Shown piece by piece: positions 11,084 through 22,388 of a stretch of DNA of 64,000 nt. Made by a program: the position numbers and the translations under genes. The notes under the pieces are model-generated. The model was not told the DNA's origin. It searched no databases and was given only the letters and a program-made list of their open reading frames with translations. Every line of letters begins with the position of its first letter. The first letter of the stretch is position 1. The stretch is from a virus, in IMG/VR virus record IMGVR_UViG_3300025949_000016. The stretch is one strand, 5' to 3'.

Positions 11084-11614
11084 ATGATTAAGGTATTAGA
11101 CCACGGGGCAAAGACCCGTATCAAAGATCCAGTAACCGGAAAATGGAACGAAATGATTAATGTTCGTTTCATTGAAGAAGGACGTTCTGGTGGTAATGTA
11201 CAAATGAGTGAATCAACCAGCTTTTTGGACTCCGTAATGGGAGAACAAACTGGTCTTGCTACTCGTAGAATACATACCCATCCAGTATTGGCTAGTAAGA
11301 TAGATTTGTTTCCGGTAGGTAAAACATTACCTGGCCACATTAATCGTAACTTGTATTCTACACCTCAACTAAGGCAACAAGAGGGTGTAGATGCACGTAT
11401 GATAGATGGTAAACTTACCTATTTTACTACATACTTGTCTAGTAAACCTGAAGCAGACAGAGACTCTAGATGGTCCATTAGCGAGACATTGCTCGTTGAT
11501 CCACAAGGTCTTAAACATGTCCAATTAGGTTCTGCACTAGTAGAAGTATTGGAAGAGCATCCTGGTGAAGTCATCCAAGGTCCTGGCGCTCCAGGAGAAG
11601 AATTGGGTGAATAA
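11084..11614 (+). CDS. Hypothetical protein, probably highly expressed
   Basis: 176 aa, GC-richer codon usage, acidic tail, own terminator. Confidence 0.8.
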   Translation: MIKVLDHGAKTRIKDPVTGKWNEMINVRFIEEGRSGGNVQMSESTSFLDSVMGEQTGLATRRIHTHPVLASKIDLFPVGKTLPGHINRNLYSTPQLRQQEGVDARMIDGKLTYFTTYLSSKPEADRDSRWSISETLLVDPQGLKHVQLGSALVEVLEEHPGEVIQGPGAPGEELGE

Positions 11615-11630
11615 TTCCAATTAAAAGCTG

Positions 11631-11663
11631 AATAAGGGAGGAGGTAACACTTCTCCCTTATTT
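11631..11663 (+). terminator. Terminator-like hairpin
   Basis: AATAAGGGAGGAG/CTTCTCCCTTATT directly after the 11084 gene. Confidence 0.6.
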
Positions 11664-13199
11664 ATTACTAACGAAAATTACCATATGGTTTTTATATTAA
11701 TACTTATTATACTTTTTGGGTAGACTCGCTTTCAGTAATAAGTATTGTAAAGAGTGTAAATTGTAATTTTGAATCTTTGCCATGAACCTCTGTGTTTCTA
11801 CATGGAGGTTTTATTTTAAAACTTATTTTATGAGATATGAAAGAATAACTAGAAAACTAAAAGGAGAATTAATTGAATCACTTATTAAATCACCTCACTT
11901 TAATATCAATGATTTAGCCGTAGAGAGTGATAAGATGATTGACTGTTGGACTTTTTTATCCAAGAGTGAGCCTTATTTTGGTTATAGCTTAGAAAAAACT
12001 GAAACAGGAGAATTTTATGAATTCTTTTCAAATTAAACTATTATGATTCGAGAATTTTCACAGAAAAATAATATCTTTTACCTTGCTTTTTTAGTAGCAG
12101 AGTTAGATGATATAGGAAAAGATACACTTATTTACACGGCAAAAACCCGCCCAAAAGAGTTTCTAAATAAACTTATTCATACTCCTTTATTTGAATTACA
12201 CGAGTATTTAAAGAAGGTTGAAAAAGAAATGAAGAAAGAAACTAACAATGCATTAAATATTATTCTATATTCTTAACTTGTTAAACACTTATTATGCATG
12301 TAATTATAACGGTGGTTACTGTTCTTTACATTGTTATTAAATTCTTATTTAAAGCAGCTTATGCACCACCTAAGAGACATCGTTGATTAGTAGGCGTTGT
12401 TGACACATGGGGAGGTAGGTACAAAACTATCTCCCTTTCTTATTTATTTTAAAAATCACCATACATGAAAAATTTTATTGTCTTTTTACTCTTTTTTGTT
12501 GAATTTATCTTACTCTCTTGTTTTATTGGGTTTATTTGGTATTTAGCTGATAATGGAATGCCTTTTGCACACGTTCATTACCTTGAAAAAATGACCTCTG
12601 TACTTTTAGTAGTAATAGGACTAGCAGGTCCCGCAACTGCTGGAATATTTGTTGGCAACAGAATAAGTAAATTAATAGATTAAATTATATATATGACCAA
12701 AAGTAAATGGCTAAGAACAAAAAAGAATAATGGACCTCACGCTAAAGCAAGAAGAATTATTGCATTAGCAGCTCTTGAGAAACAACTTGAAATAATAAAT
12801 AATTCTATAACAAGAGATAAAGAAACAATAAAAGACTATAAAAATCCAAATAAAAAGCAAGTATTAGAAGAAGAATTTATAAAAAGAAATATATTAATTC
12901 TTGAGAAAGGCATTGAAAAAGATTATCCTAAGAAAATAGCAAGAATAAAGAAAGAAATTGAAATATTAAAAACAAGAATCTAATAATTAAAATCCGTATT
13001 TTATGGCAGAAATGCAAAAAGTCCAATGTAACTGTGAAAATTCCTTCTTAGATAAGCAACTTGGCTCAGGTATAAGATGGGGAAATCCAACCGGAAAAAT
13101 GGATAAAGGAGATCTTTATCGTTGTGTTTCATGTGGAAAAGAACATAGTATCGTTAAACATCCAAAGAAAAAATAAAATCTTTTAAACAAAAAACAAGT

Positions 13200-13550
13200 A
13201 TGATTAAAAAAACAATGTTTCTTTTGCTAGCAGCCGTGCTAGCTATTACTTATGTGAAAGGCCAACAAGTTCAGGTCTCTGGCTATGATACTGCTAAAAC
13301 AGGTTGTACCTACGTCATTAATCCACAAACTTTTGAATTAAAGAGTGGATATTTAATGAGAGTTACCGCCTATCAGTGGGATTATCAACCTGCCCAGGGA
13401 AATAAACAGAACGCAGACTCACTAACACTTGTGAAGGTTAAAAAACCAGTAGCCAATAGTTATTACCTGATCCGAGATTCAGCTAATAAAAGAATTTGGG
13501 TTAAGGTTCAACCTATACAAGATTTCAATGTTGACTTTACACTTAAGTAA
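13200..13550 (+). CDS. Secreted hypothetical protein
   Basis: Sec signal MIKKTMFLLLAAVLAITYVKG followed by Q. Confidence 0.7.
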   Translation: MIKKTMFLLLAAVLAITYVKGQQVQVSGYDTAKTGCTYVINPQTFELKSGYLMRVTAYQWDYQPAQGNKQNADSLTLVKVKKPVANSYYLIRDSANKRIWVKVQPIQDFNVDFTLK

Positions 13551-13584
13551 ACCCTTTTTATTAATTTTTCAATAATTGTTTTTT

Positions 13585-14220
13585 ATGGAACATCAAGCAA
13601 ACACCGAAAGCCTGAATTTAGAAGCACTCAAGAAACGTGATTACATTATCCTAGTGGATAAGAGTGGTTCTATGAGTGAAAGAGATTGTCCTAATAACAT
13701 GACGCGTTGGATGTATATGCAAGAAGAAGTTCTTGCCCTTACTCGCAAAGCGCTAGAGTGGGATGATAACGGTATTACTGTAGGAGTTTTCAATAACAAA
13801 TGGAAATTCTACGAAAATGTTAACAGTGAAGATGTAGTTAAGAAGATCTTTACTGAGAACGAGCCAAGCGGCACTACCAATACTGCAGGTGTACTCAACG
13901 AAGTTCTTAACACCTACTTGAACAATCGTGCTAATGCTAAACCCATTACAGTAGTAGTAGCTACAGATGGTCAACCTGATAGCAAGGATGAGCTTCGTAA
14001 GACAATCATTCACGCTGCTAATACTATTGAGCGCGATGAAGAGATTGGTATCTCTTTTGTTCAAATTGGTAAGAACGGTGAAGCCACCGCTTTCTTGAAA
14101 GAGTTGGATGATGATCTTCAGGGTGAAGGTGCTAAGTTTGACATTGTAGATTGTGTAACTTGTGATGAAATGGGTGATAAATCCATTACTGACATCCTTG
14201 TTGGCGCAGTTTGTGATTAA
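13585..14220 (+). CDS. von Willebrand factor A (vWA) domain protein, Ter-associated type
   Basis: MIDAS DKSGSM, GTTNT, VATDG, ISFVQIG, FLKELDD...FDIVD; start moved to ATG 13585. Confidence 0.85.
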   Translation: MEHQANTESLNLEALKKRDYIILVDKSGSMSERDCPNNMTRWMYMQEEVLALTRKALEWDDNGITVGVFNNKWKFYENVNSEDVVKKIFTENEPSGTTNTAGVLNEVLNTYLNNRANAKPITVVVATDGQPDSKDELRKTIIHAANTIERDEEIGISFVQIGKNGEATAFLKELDDDLQGEGAKFDIVDCVTCDEMGDKSITDILVGAVCD

Positions 14221-14230
14221 TGATTAACAG

Positions 14231-14275
14231 TAAAGGGAGTGGTTTTCTATTTCTTTGATCTCTCCACTCCCTTTA
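14231..14275 (+). terminator. Terminator-like hairpin
   Basis: TAAAGGGAGTGG/CCACTCCCTTTA. Confidence 0.6.
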
Positions 14276-14598
14276 TCTTATAACTTTTAAATTTAATTTT
14301 ATGTGGTTTATAGTAGGTTTTATAATAGGTTGTGTTGTTGGTGTATTATATGGTAAGAAGATTGCAGCTAAAGCCGCTGAAAAAGCAGCTGAAATTGCTC
14401 AAAAAGCTAGTGATTTAAACAAAAAAGTACAAAGTAAATGACACCTTTAGTTTGGTTATTCTTCTTTTTAGCTTGTTTTTTCTCCTGGTATATTACACGT
14501 AAAATAACCGTCTTTTTAGAAAGAAGAAAGTTCAAATCTATTTTAAAAGATATTGATAAGACGCATGGAACTGCTTATCATAAATTTAGATACAACAA

Positions 14599-15255
14599 AT
14601 GATACAATCATTACTGATTATACTTAACTTGTTCCTGGTTGAAGTTAGTTTGAGTTTAGATAATTCTGCTGTCATATCACTGCTAGTAAAGAATTTACCA
14701 CCTAAAGATAGACGTAAAGGACTTACCTATGGTTTACTAGGAGCTTTCTTGTTTCGTGGACTGTCTTTATTTGTAGTAAACTGGCTAGTGAAACTATTCT
14801 ATTTAAAAATATTAGGAGGCCTTTACTTAATATGGCTAACATTTAAGTATAATAACGGTAATGATAAAATTATCAAAACGTATTCCAACTTATGGAGAGT
14901 TATACTAAGTGTTGAGATCATTGATTTAAGCCTCAGTTTAGATAATATTTTTGCTTGTGCTTCTTTAACTTCTAACATCTATCTAATATGGATAGGAGTC
15001 TTCTTAGGTATTATTGCTATGCGTTTTGTAGCAAGTTGGTTTACTATTTTACTTAACAAATATCCTTACTTAGAAACCGCAGCTTATTGGGTTATATTCT
15101 TACTAGGCTTAAAATTAATTATAGAAGGTATAGGTAAATGGATTAATCCTACTTTCTATATATCTGAAACGATTAATTTTATATTTAGTGGAGTAAATAT
15201 GGTTATATTTTTATTACCTATTATATTTAATAAAAATGGAAAAGATAAATCTTGA
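14599..15255 (+). CDS. terC: TerC-family integral membrane protein
   Basis: EVSLSLDN and DLSLSLDN repeats, GAFLFRG, KYPYLE, LGLKL; multiple TM helices. Confidence 0.9.
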   Translation: MIQSLLIILNLFLVEVSLSLDNSAVISLLVKNLPPKDRRKGLTYGLLGAFLFRGLSLFVVNWLVKLFYLKILGGLYLIWLTFKYNNGNDKIIKTYSNLWRVILSVEIIDLSLSLDNIFACASLTSNIYLIWIGVFLGIIAMRFVASWFTILLNKYPYLETAAYWVIFLLGLKLIIEGIGKWINPTFYISETINFIFSGVNMVIFLLPIIFNKNGKDKS

Positions 15256-15493
15256 TAAGATATTAAGCGATGTTGGTTATATAGGTCCAAGAGATGATGA
15301 CAAAGAATTAAATAATATGCCAATGTCATTAATAAAAGAATTAATGAAAGAAACTGCTAAAAAAGCCTTACAATTAGCTGCGGATAATGCAACAGCTACA
15401 GCTCATGAAGATTCAAGTGATTATGGAACAGGAAAAATATGGGCTACAATAGACAAGCAAAGTATACTTTCAATTGAAAAACTTATTGAATAA
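15236..15493 (+). CDS. Hypothetical protein, paralog of 5181-5414
   Basis: Shared motifs with 5181-5414. Confidence 0.7.
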   Translation: MEKINLDKILSDVGYIGPRDDDKELNNMPMSLIKELMKETAKKALQLAADNATATAHEDSSDYGTGKIWATIDKQSILSIEKLIE

Positions 15494-15520
15494 TATTAAC
15501 TACTCTGTGAAAACTAAAAT

Positions 15521-15592
15521 GGTTCCATAACACAATGGTTAGTGTAATCGCCTTCTAAGCGATCTATTCCAGTTCGACCCTGGATGGAACTT
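15521..15592 (+). tRNA. tRNA-Arg(TCT)
   Basis: Complete cloverleaf: GGTTCCA/TGGAACT, D-stem ACAC/GTGT, ATCGC-CTTCTAA-GCGAT, TCCAG-TTCGACC-CTGGA. Confidence 0.92.
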
Positions 15593-16070
15593 CAAAAATA
15601 AATTTGGTAGTTTAGTTGCTTTCAGAGCAGAAAAATATAAATTCAAGATAATTCTTGATACTGTATCAGTTATTAATAACTCTATTGATATAGTAGAAAA
15701 AGTAAATTATAATCTAACTTATAATGAAATTAACAAGTTATGACAGATAAACAATTTCTAACTAAACTAGAAAAGAAATTTCCATATGCCTATTCTTTAA
15801 TTCCAAAGATTATGTGGATATGGATATTCAATAATCTTTATAATGACAAAGTAATAAAATAAAGCTTATGTTTATAGAAATAGATGGATTTATAATCAAC
15901 AGTCATTATATTAAAAGAACATCAGATATATTTAAAATGCCACTTGCTAGTACAAGAGCTTTTAACATATACATTGTGGATTCAGAACCAGTAACAATTA
16001 AAGGTACTGAAGAAGAAATTCTTATTAAGCACAAGAAATTACAAAAAATCTTAATAACTAGAAAAGTAAA

Positions 16071-16547
16071 ATGAAACTCGCTGTTATTGGAGAAAACTTT
16101 CAGTTCTTACAAGAAGAGTGTTATTCTGGAGAAAGATCTGTCAAGATTAACAGTCTACTCACTGATTATTTAATGGACTATAAAAATGTGGTTTGTGTTA
16201 CTAATTTAGATCCTGGCGTTGGGTTTATCTGGTCTTATTTAGCTATTGAAGAAAATCTTCCTTTAGTTGGTATAATACCTACTTCTAATTTTTCTACAGA
16301 TTTCTGCGCATTAGATGAAGGATTATATAAAGAAATGATTGGATATAAGAATATGGAACTGCTTATTTATGGTTCAGGAGATGTTACAGAATATAAGAAA
16401 GAAAATAGAAACCGCCACATTATCTATAATTCTGATATTACTTTATTATTAGGCAGTAGTACGATTATTAAAAACTTAAGTCATTACGCCAATTATTTAA
16501 AAAAAGAAATTATTACTATTTCTACTGAACAAATACTTAAATTATGA
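16071..16547 (+). CDS. Divergent SLOG/YspA-like protein
   Basis: KLAVIG, PGVGFIWSYLAIEENLPL, RNRHIIYNSD pattern parallels 6412-6891. Confidence 0.55.
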   Translation: MKLAVIGENFQFLQEECYSGERSVKINSLLTDYLMDYKNVVCVTNLDPGVGFIWSYLAIEENLPLVGIIPTSNFSTDFCALDEGLYKEMIGYKNMELLIYGSGDVTEYKKENRNRHIIYNSDITLLLGSSTIIKNLSHYANYLKKEIITISTEQILKL

Positions 16548-17546
16548 AATATTATTTACCGTATGTTTGTGTTATTTTAGCTTGTTTTGTAGATTGGAAA
16601 CTAGCACTTATTATAGTAGGAGCTTACCGGTTATTAGTAGGAGGTGGTGTAGAAATAGCTACTATTATAAAACTACAAAAAGATAACAAATACATGATTT
16701 GGTTTACCAAAGAATCCAAAACTATTATTGGTGAAATTGGACAATTAAAAAAAGAGATATTAGAGATAGCAAATCTGTATAGTATAAGAGAACCTTATTT
16801 TGAGCAGTTTTACTATAAAGAAGAACTCTTATTTTCTTATGATTATAGTAATAAAAAGTTAATCCGCAGCTATACAGGTAATGATGAGCAAATTTTACCT
16901 ATTTTTAATAATATAGACTTAGGTATTAAGATACATGATTTTTGCGTATTAGCAGATGAAAAAGAAAAACTGCTATCTAGAAACTTTGATCATATTCAAG
17001 GAACTAATAAATTTCAATTTTTATTGCATACTATAAGCCATAATTGTTTTATGTATTTAGGAGTAATTGAATTAAATATGTTCTGTATTTATAGAAATTT
17101 CTCTTTTATGGAATCTCTTCTTTTATTATTGTGCTATTTAATCCCCATGAATTATGAAAAAGACCCACAAAAAATTTATAAAAAAGCTTAGAAAATATCT
17201 TAAGGATGCTCCTGATTTGCGTGTAACTCAGGCGCTATATAATTTAGGTGTAACGCTTGGAATAAGGAAAGGCACTGAACTCAAACCAGAATACTACTTT
17301 ATAGATAATTATAATGAGACGGATGAAGTAATTCTAAAAAGAATGAAAAACTTTTTAAAACATGGGAAGAAGCAAAAGATCGAGAAACGGATCGAGGAAG
17401 AAATACAATCATCCACCGGAGGTAATACTCAAGAAGGAGAGTAAAGAATTTATTGAAAGTGGTGGAGAACTTGTGCCTTTATCTCTTTATGGCACAAAAG
17501 TACTCGATTATAATAAAACCCGAGATTTATTAAAGAAATCAAAATA

Positions 17547-17827
17547 ATTGGTATAAATAAAGAGTGAGATAAGTAATAATAATTTCAATCAAGTCTGAGG
17601 ATAGTACAGAACAACGATTGATTAGTTGACCAAGTAGTCTCAATAGAAAGCTTCTATATGTATTAGTCTTTCTAGGTGGATGAACGTGATATGAAAATGA
17701 ACTAAGTAGGTGCGTTTTAACTCCTCATTATGGATAGAAAGATAGTCTTATCGTGAGGTAGGAGCATGACTCCAGTAATAGGTGAAATATTTTGCGGTGG
17801 TCGACTTGTCTCACTCTTTATACCAAT
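17547..17827 (+). ncRNA. Putative ~280-nt structured ncRNA
   Basis: 18-bp closing stem ATAAAGAGTGAGATAAGT/ACTTGTCTCACTCTTTAT extended by ATTGGT/ACCAAT; fills the gap between two genes; no credible ORF. Confidence 0.6.
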
Positions 17828-18096
17828 GCCTTTAAACTTATTTTTTTTATGGAACAATTTGAAGTTATTTGTGTAAATACAGATACAATAGAAAAAGATG
17901 GAATTTTTTGTACTCCTCATTTATTAAAAAAAGGTAAAATTTATATAGTAGTTGGAAAAGCATTTATAGGTCCTAAAAATTTTCCAGCATATAAAGTAAA
18001 TGATAAATCTGGAAATATAGTAGGATGCGCTCTAATAGAGCGGTTTATTAAACTAGAAAACATAGATGATTTAATTAATAATATAATTACAGAACC

Positions 18097-18498
18097 ATGT
18101 GTGGAAAAATTAAAGCGGGAAATTCCCTTGTTGAGCCCGGAGCGGGTTTAGTAATTCATTATAATGGTGGTACAGATTATAAAAAATGGGGACCTCAACC
18201 ATATAACGCTAAACTTGAAAATCTTAATGGCTACTGGAAAACATTTAATAGAGGCTACATAAAAGTTGATGGATTTTATGAAAAAGATAGTCTATTTGTA
18301 TTACCAACTAACGAACCACTAAATCTCGCAATTATTTATAATATTCATGGATTTGCCATTGTTACTATGTCCTCTAAAGGCACTATAGTAGAAAAAGTTC
18401 ATCATAGAACCGCCGTTATATTATTTAAACCTGAATATTTTTTAAATAGAAAGAATATATGGGGAGGAGATTATTCTCGTTTAATTCAGGTAGCTTAA
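18097..18498 (+). CDS. SRAP (YedK/HMCES-like) abasic-site processing protein, compact
   Basis: N-terminal MCG, YNAKLE, DGFYE, VHHRTAVIL. Confidence 0.8.
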   Translation: MCGKIKAGNSLVEPGAGLVIHYNGGTDYKKWGPQPYNAKLENLNGYWKTFNRGYIKVDGFYEKDSLFVLPTNEPLNLAIIYNIHGFAIVTMSSKGTIVEKVHHRTAVILFKPEYFLNRKNIWGGDYSRLIQVA

Positions 18499-18824
18499 AA
18501 GCATTAATTATGAAATTACTTATATGGCTTGGTCTTGTTAAAAAATCAGATTATGAAAAATTAGATAACTTAAATAATGAGTTTATTAATAAAGTAAATA
18601 AACTTCAATCAGAAAATAGAGAGTTGCAAGAAAAGCTTACTAGATTACCTTATGAATTTGATAAATTAGTTGAAAAATATAATCAAGGTCAATTAAATGC
18701 GCTTTATTATAAACTTATTAACCACTGTAGAAATAATAAGAAATTTACCTCCATGCTAGAGCGTTGGGATAAAAGGCGTGAAAATGCTATTGAAACGTTA
18801 AAAGAAGATAAACTTTAAAAATTA

Positions 18825-18856
18825 TTTGGAAATCTCCTAATTAATTAGTATCTTGC
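18825..18856 (+). promoter_or_regulatory. Bacteroidota-type sigma-A promoter
   Basis: TTTG-N20-TATCTTGC. Confidence 0.6.
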
Positions 18857-19107
18857 AAAGAAAAAGTAACAAATGATTAGGTGGGAATTAGGTAACGGAA
18901 AAACAATACTTTTAACGCAAGCTCAATTCAATAAAGTATTAGATGATGATTTAGAGCTGGAAAGAATTCTAGCAGAAGATCAAGGCGTCTTTATTGAAGA
19001 TGTCTTTGAAGAAATAAAAGTAAAAGAATTTAAAGAAATCTCTTATCCAGAAGAACCTAAAATAGAAGATCTTCCAGATGAGATAATTAACGATATTAAA
19101 AAAGAAT

Positions 19108-19596
19108 TTGATGGAACTTAAACGATTCACATTTAAGGTGAAAGAAATAGCCAAAACCGGTTTAAATTGGAATGAAACATTAGAAGTAACCATTAAAGAT
19201 ACAGAAAAAATTATTGATGGGTTTACTTTTAGACTACAAGGTTCTATAGCTGGCTGCGGTTTATGCATCGTAAGGTTATTTAACGATAATAATAATACAC
19301 ATAATATAAAATTAATTTTAAAGACCGAGAAAGAAAAAGGTATAACTGCTAAAAGCTATGGAAAAGCTTTAATAGAATTTGTGTCTTCCGGTAATGTTAG
19401 AACAGGTACAGATAAAAAAGGATGCATACTTGCCACATTAGGTAGTAGTTATATTAATAATGAACATGTCCATGGACCACTGCTTAAATTCATAAAAGAC
19501 ATGGGATTTAAAGAAATACTAGAATTTGATAACTTAGCGCATGATACTACCAAAGACACACAAAAGATTTTTGCACTTTCAATATCCAGAACATGA
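19108..19596 (+). CDS. Hypothetical protein, similar to 52735-53217
   Basis: Shared (G/C)CG motif and GFxxxxEFxN motif. Confidence 0.6.
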   Translation: MMELKRFTFKVKEIAKTGLNWNETLEVTIKDTEKIIDGFTFRLQGSIAGCGLCIVRLFNDNNNTHNIKLILKTEKEKGITAKSYGKALIEFVSSGNVRTGTDKKGCILATLGSSYINNEHVHGPLLKFIKDMGFKEILEFDNLAHDTTKDTQKIFALSISRT

Positions 19597-19806
19597 AAAA
19601 TTTAACCGACCTTCAACAAGAATTTATTAATTTATTAGAATCCAGGTTTCAAGTAGAACCTAGTCAAATAGGAATTTTTGATGAAGAAAAAATACCTTAT
19701 TTTGAAAACTTATTTCAAGTAGAAGAACATTTAAAAGAAATTAAACAACAATATGGTTTCAGGGATTCTCTAGATGAGCCTGAAGCTTTACCTTTATAAA
19801 AAATAT

Positions 19807-20166
19807 GGGGCATATTGGTATAGATCCGGAGCGTAGATGGAATAGGCATGCAAGCGGGATGATTTATTACCGCTTTGACAAATTAGAATCAACAACAAAT
19901 GCAAGCTCTAATAAAGCTTCGAGAATTAGCAAAGGTGACGCAGTATTGCGTAGTATTTTTGCTGACGTAGAATTGGAAATGGCTGCGTAATAGCCTGTAC
20001 ATCCCAGTAATCTCAACTGTAAAAAGGAGATAGTGAACTTGTTACTATGATTAGCTAGAAGAATATCAAGTAAATATTTTGCTGATTTAGAAAAATCTTC
20101 AAGCATGTAACTTATAAAGTTGAAACATTCGGAGACACCGAGTTCGATTCTTGGTATGCTCCACCA
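19807..20166 (+). ncRNA. ssrA: tmRNA
   Basis: Acceptor GGGGCAT/ATGCTCC-A-CCA with G3-U70 alanine determinant; T-arm CCGAG-TTCGATT-CTTGG; internal tag frame ending in AA-TAA-TAG; 360 nt. Confidence 0.93.
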
Positions 20167-20224
20167 ATTCAGCCTCCATGAAGGTTTAACTTTTTGAGTC
20201 ATGGTATATTCGGTTTCAGCCAAT

Positions 20225-20253
20225 AGCCCTTAGAGAAATCTAGGGGCTTTTTT
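20225..20253 (+). terminator. Intrinsic terminator downstream of tmRNA
   Basis: AGCCCTTAG/CTAGGGGCT plus T run. Confidence 0.8.
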
Positions 20254-20820
20254 ATTAACCAATTAAAATTAATTATATGGTACAATTACCTAAAAGAGAA
20301 AAGCCCGATTATGAAAAAAGGGTATTAGTAAAAGTAAAAAAAGTGGATGGAAGTTTTCAATGGAGAATAGGTATAAGAGTACTAACTGACAAGGTAGGAG
20401 ATAAATATGAATTTGAGGGTCATAATCACGATCATGCTAGAAATGTTGTAGATTGGCAAGAATTGCCTGGATAAAACTTAAAATTATGCCAAAATACTTA
20501 CTTATTGTTAAAGCAGATACTAATGATGCCGACTATGTATATAAAACTACTGAAGTTGAAGAAAAAGATAATTGGTTTAATGTAGAATTAATTGAAAAAG
20601 TATCTTCAGCTATTAAAAAATCTCCTCAAAGACATAATTGGGATAATAGTGAATACAAACATAAACATGAAAAAGATCCTTATGAATTATATAAAGATAT
20701 TTTAACAAAAGATGAAATTCAGGAATTTGAAGAAAATTACTGTCCCTTTGGAGAATATGGAATTCATACTATTAAAAGTATTGAATTATATGAAATTTCA
20801 TCTAAAAAGAGCTTATTATA

Positions 20821-21138
20821 ATGCATACAATACAGCCCACACCTATCTCTGATAAGCAATTTGTCAAATTAATGGAGATGTGTGACTTTTTATTTCCAGA
20901 TTATGCTTTTTTTGGTAAAAGTCCCACTGTTAATAATCCTTTTTATATTAATTACAGACATGTTAAGACAAAGAAAGATGGAGCCATCTCTTGGTTTGAA
21001 TTATGTACATTAGATATTCCTATTCGTTTATGTGAGCAAACTGGTAAAGCATGGGAGTCCATATTAGAAGTTTGGTTGTATTCTCAAACAGAACATTTAG
21101 TAGACTACCTCTACGATATTTATGATAATTTAAAATAG
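20821..21138 (+). CDS. Hypothetical protein, paralog family with 25263, 53572 and 55040
   Basis: Shared QxxKLxEMxxxLF and WFELC motifs. Confidence 0.7.
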   Translation: MHTIQPTPISDKQFVKLMEMCDFLFPDYAFFGKSPTVNNPFYINYRHVKTKKDGAISWFELCTLDIPIRLCEQTGKAWESILEVWLYSQTEHLVDYLYDIYDNLK

Positions 21139-22338
21139 CTTTTATGGATATATTAGAGGAAAACAAGAAGATAGCTCGTTTTATGGGCTATACTTATTTT
21201 GGACATAATGATCCATTATTAAAGGGTCCACCGGGATGGAAAACTCAATCAGATACAGGACATGCTTATAAGGGTATTAGTAAGAATGGAAAATATCTTT
21301 GTAGAAGTCATCATCAATTAAGATATCATTGGGATTGGAACTTATTAATACCTGTATGTATTAATCTAGGATTAGAACAAATTCCAACGGATATTAAAAA
21401 ATGCTATGAAAAAGTTATTGAAATGATTAATTTTTAAATTCAATTTTATGTTACAAGCCGCTACAACATGGAATCTCAGAGATGGTAAAACCGCTATCTT
21501 CTTAACCGAGGTAAATGGTAATCAGTCATTTATAAAATTACCTGTATTTGACATGAGTACCTTAAAACCTATTGAAAATAAACATTCCTTAGATGCAGAT
21601 CAAGAAAGATCCTTCAAAGAAGCCTTAAATACAAGAGAAGGTAAACAACTATTAACTCAATTAAGAAACGAAAAAGCAAATATAAAAGTAAATGCTTTCT
21701 TCTTAAGTTTAGATAAGTTAGTAATTAAAGAAAAAACTACTAAAAGAGCTAATTATTTTAAAAATGTATTTAAAATAATCATAGAAGAACCTATGAATCA
21801 TGTAGTGGGTATTAATAACCTTACTATTGGTCTTACTAAACGAGAAATTTATAAAGCATTTGTTAACGCAGGTTTAATTCATTAATTTTTTAATATAATT
21901 TAATATGAAAGTTCAACTAGGTAATCACAAAATTCACGTTCGATGGCAGCATTCCTTTCTTGAAAGGTTTGAAATAAGAAAGAAAGGACAAGAGGACTTT
22001 GAGACAGTGGTGGTAGAAAAACCAAAGAATCAGCGGTGGACAAAATGCATCATTTCTTTACTAAAAGATAATGGAGATCCGGAGGTTTTAGTAGAGTCCA
22101 TTGTCTGGTGTCACAAACAAGACGTATATTCAAAATGTATAGGAAGAATATTAAGTTTAACCAAGGCAATTAAAAAACTTCGTGAAGTAAAGTTAAATGG
22201 TCAATATATTGACAAAAGTATGCGTAGAGCTATTTGGGAGGCTTATTCTAAATATACTAGTTGTGGATGGAAAGTATCAGACGCTAAAGTACCAAAAGGT
22301 AGAGCTAAAGATACTATTCAATTTGAACTATAAATAAA

Positions 22339-22370
22339 TTTGGTGGTTTAAATTTTTATTTGTATCTTTG
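22339..22370 (+). promoter_or_regulatory. Bacteroidota-type sigma-A promoter
   Basis: TTTG-N20-TATCTTTG, exact consensus. Confidence 0.8.
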
Positions 22371-22388
22371 TAGTGTAAAGCTACTATA

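Noticed and set aside
17598-17660. Hammerhead ribozyme (CTGAGGA...GAAA)
   Set aside because: Could not build stems I-III around the core; CTGATCAG at ~24012 also fails the consensus
19805-20223. ORFs 19805-19990 (+) and 19867-20223 (-)
   Set aside because: Both overlap the tmRNA; the + frame is simply the tag reading frame extended upstream
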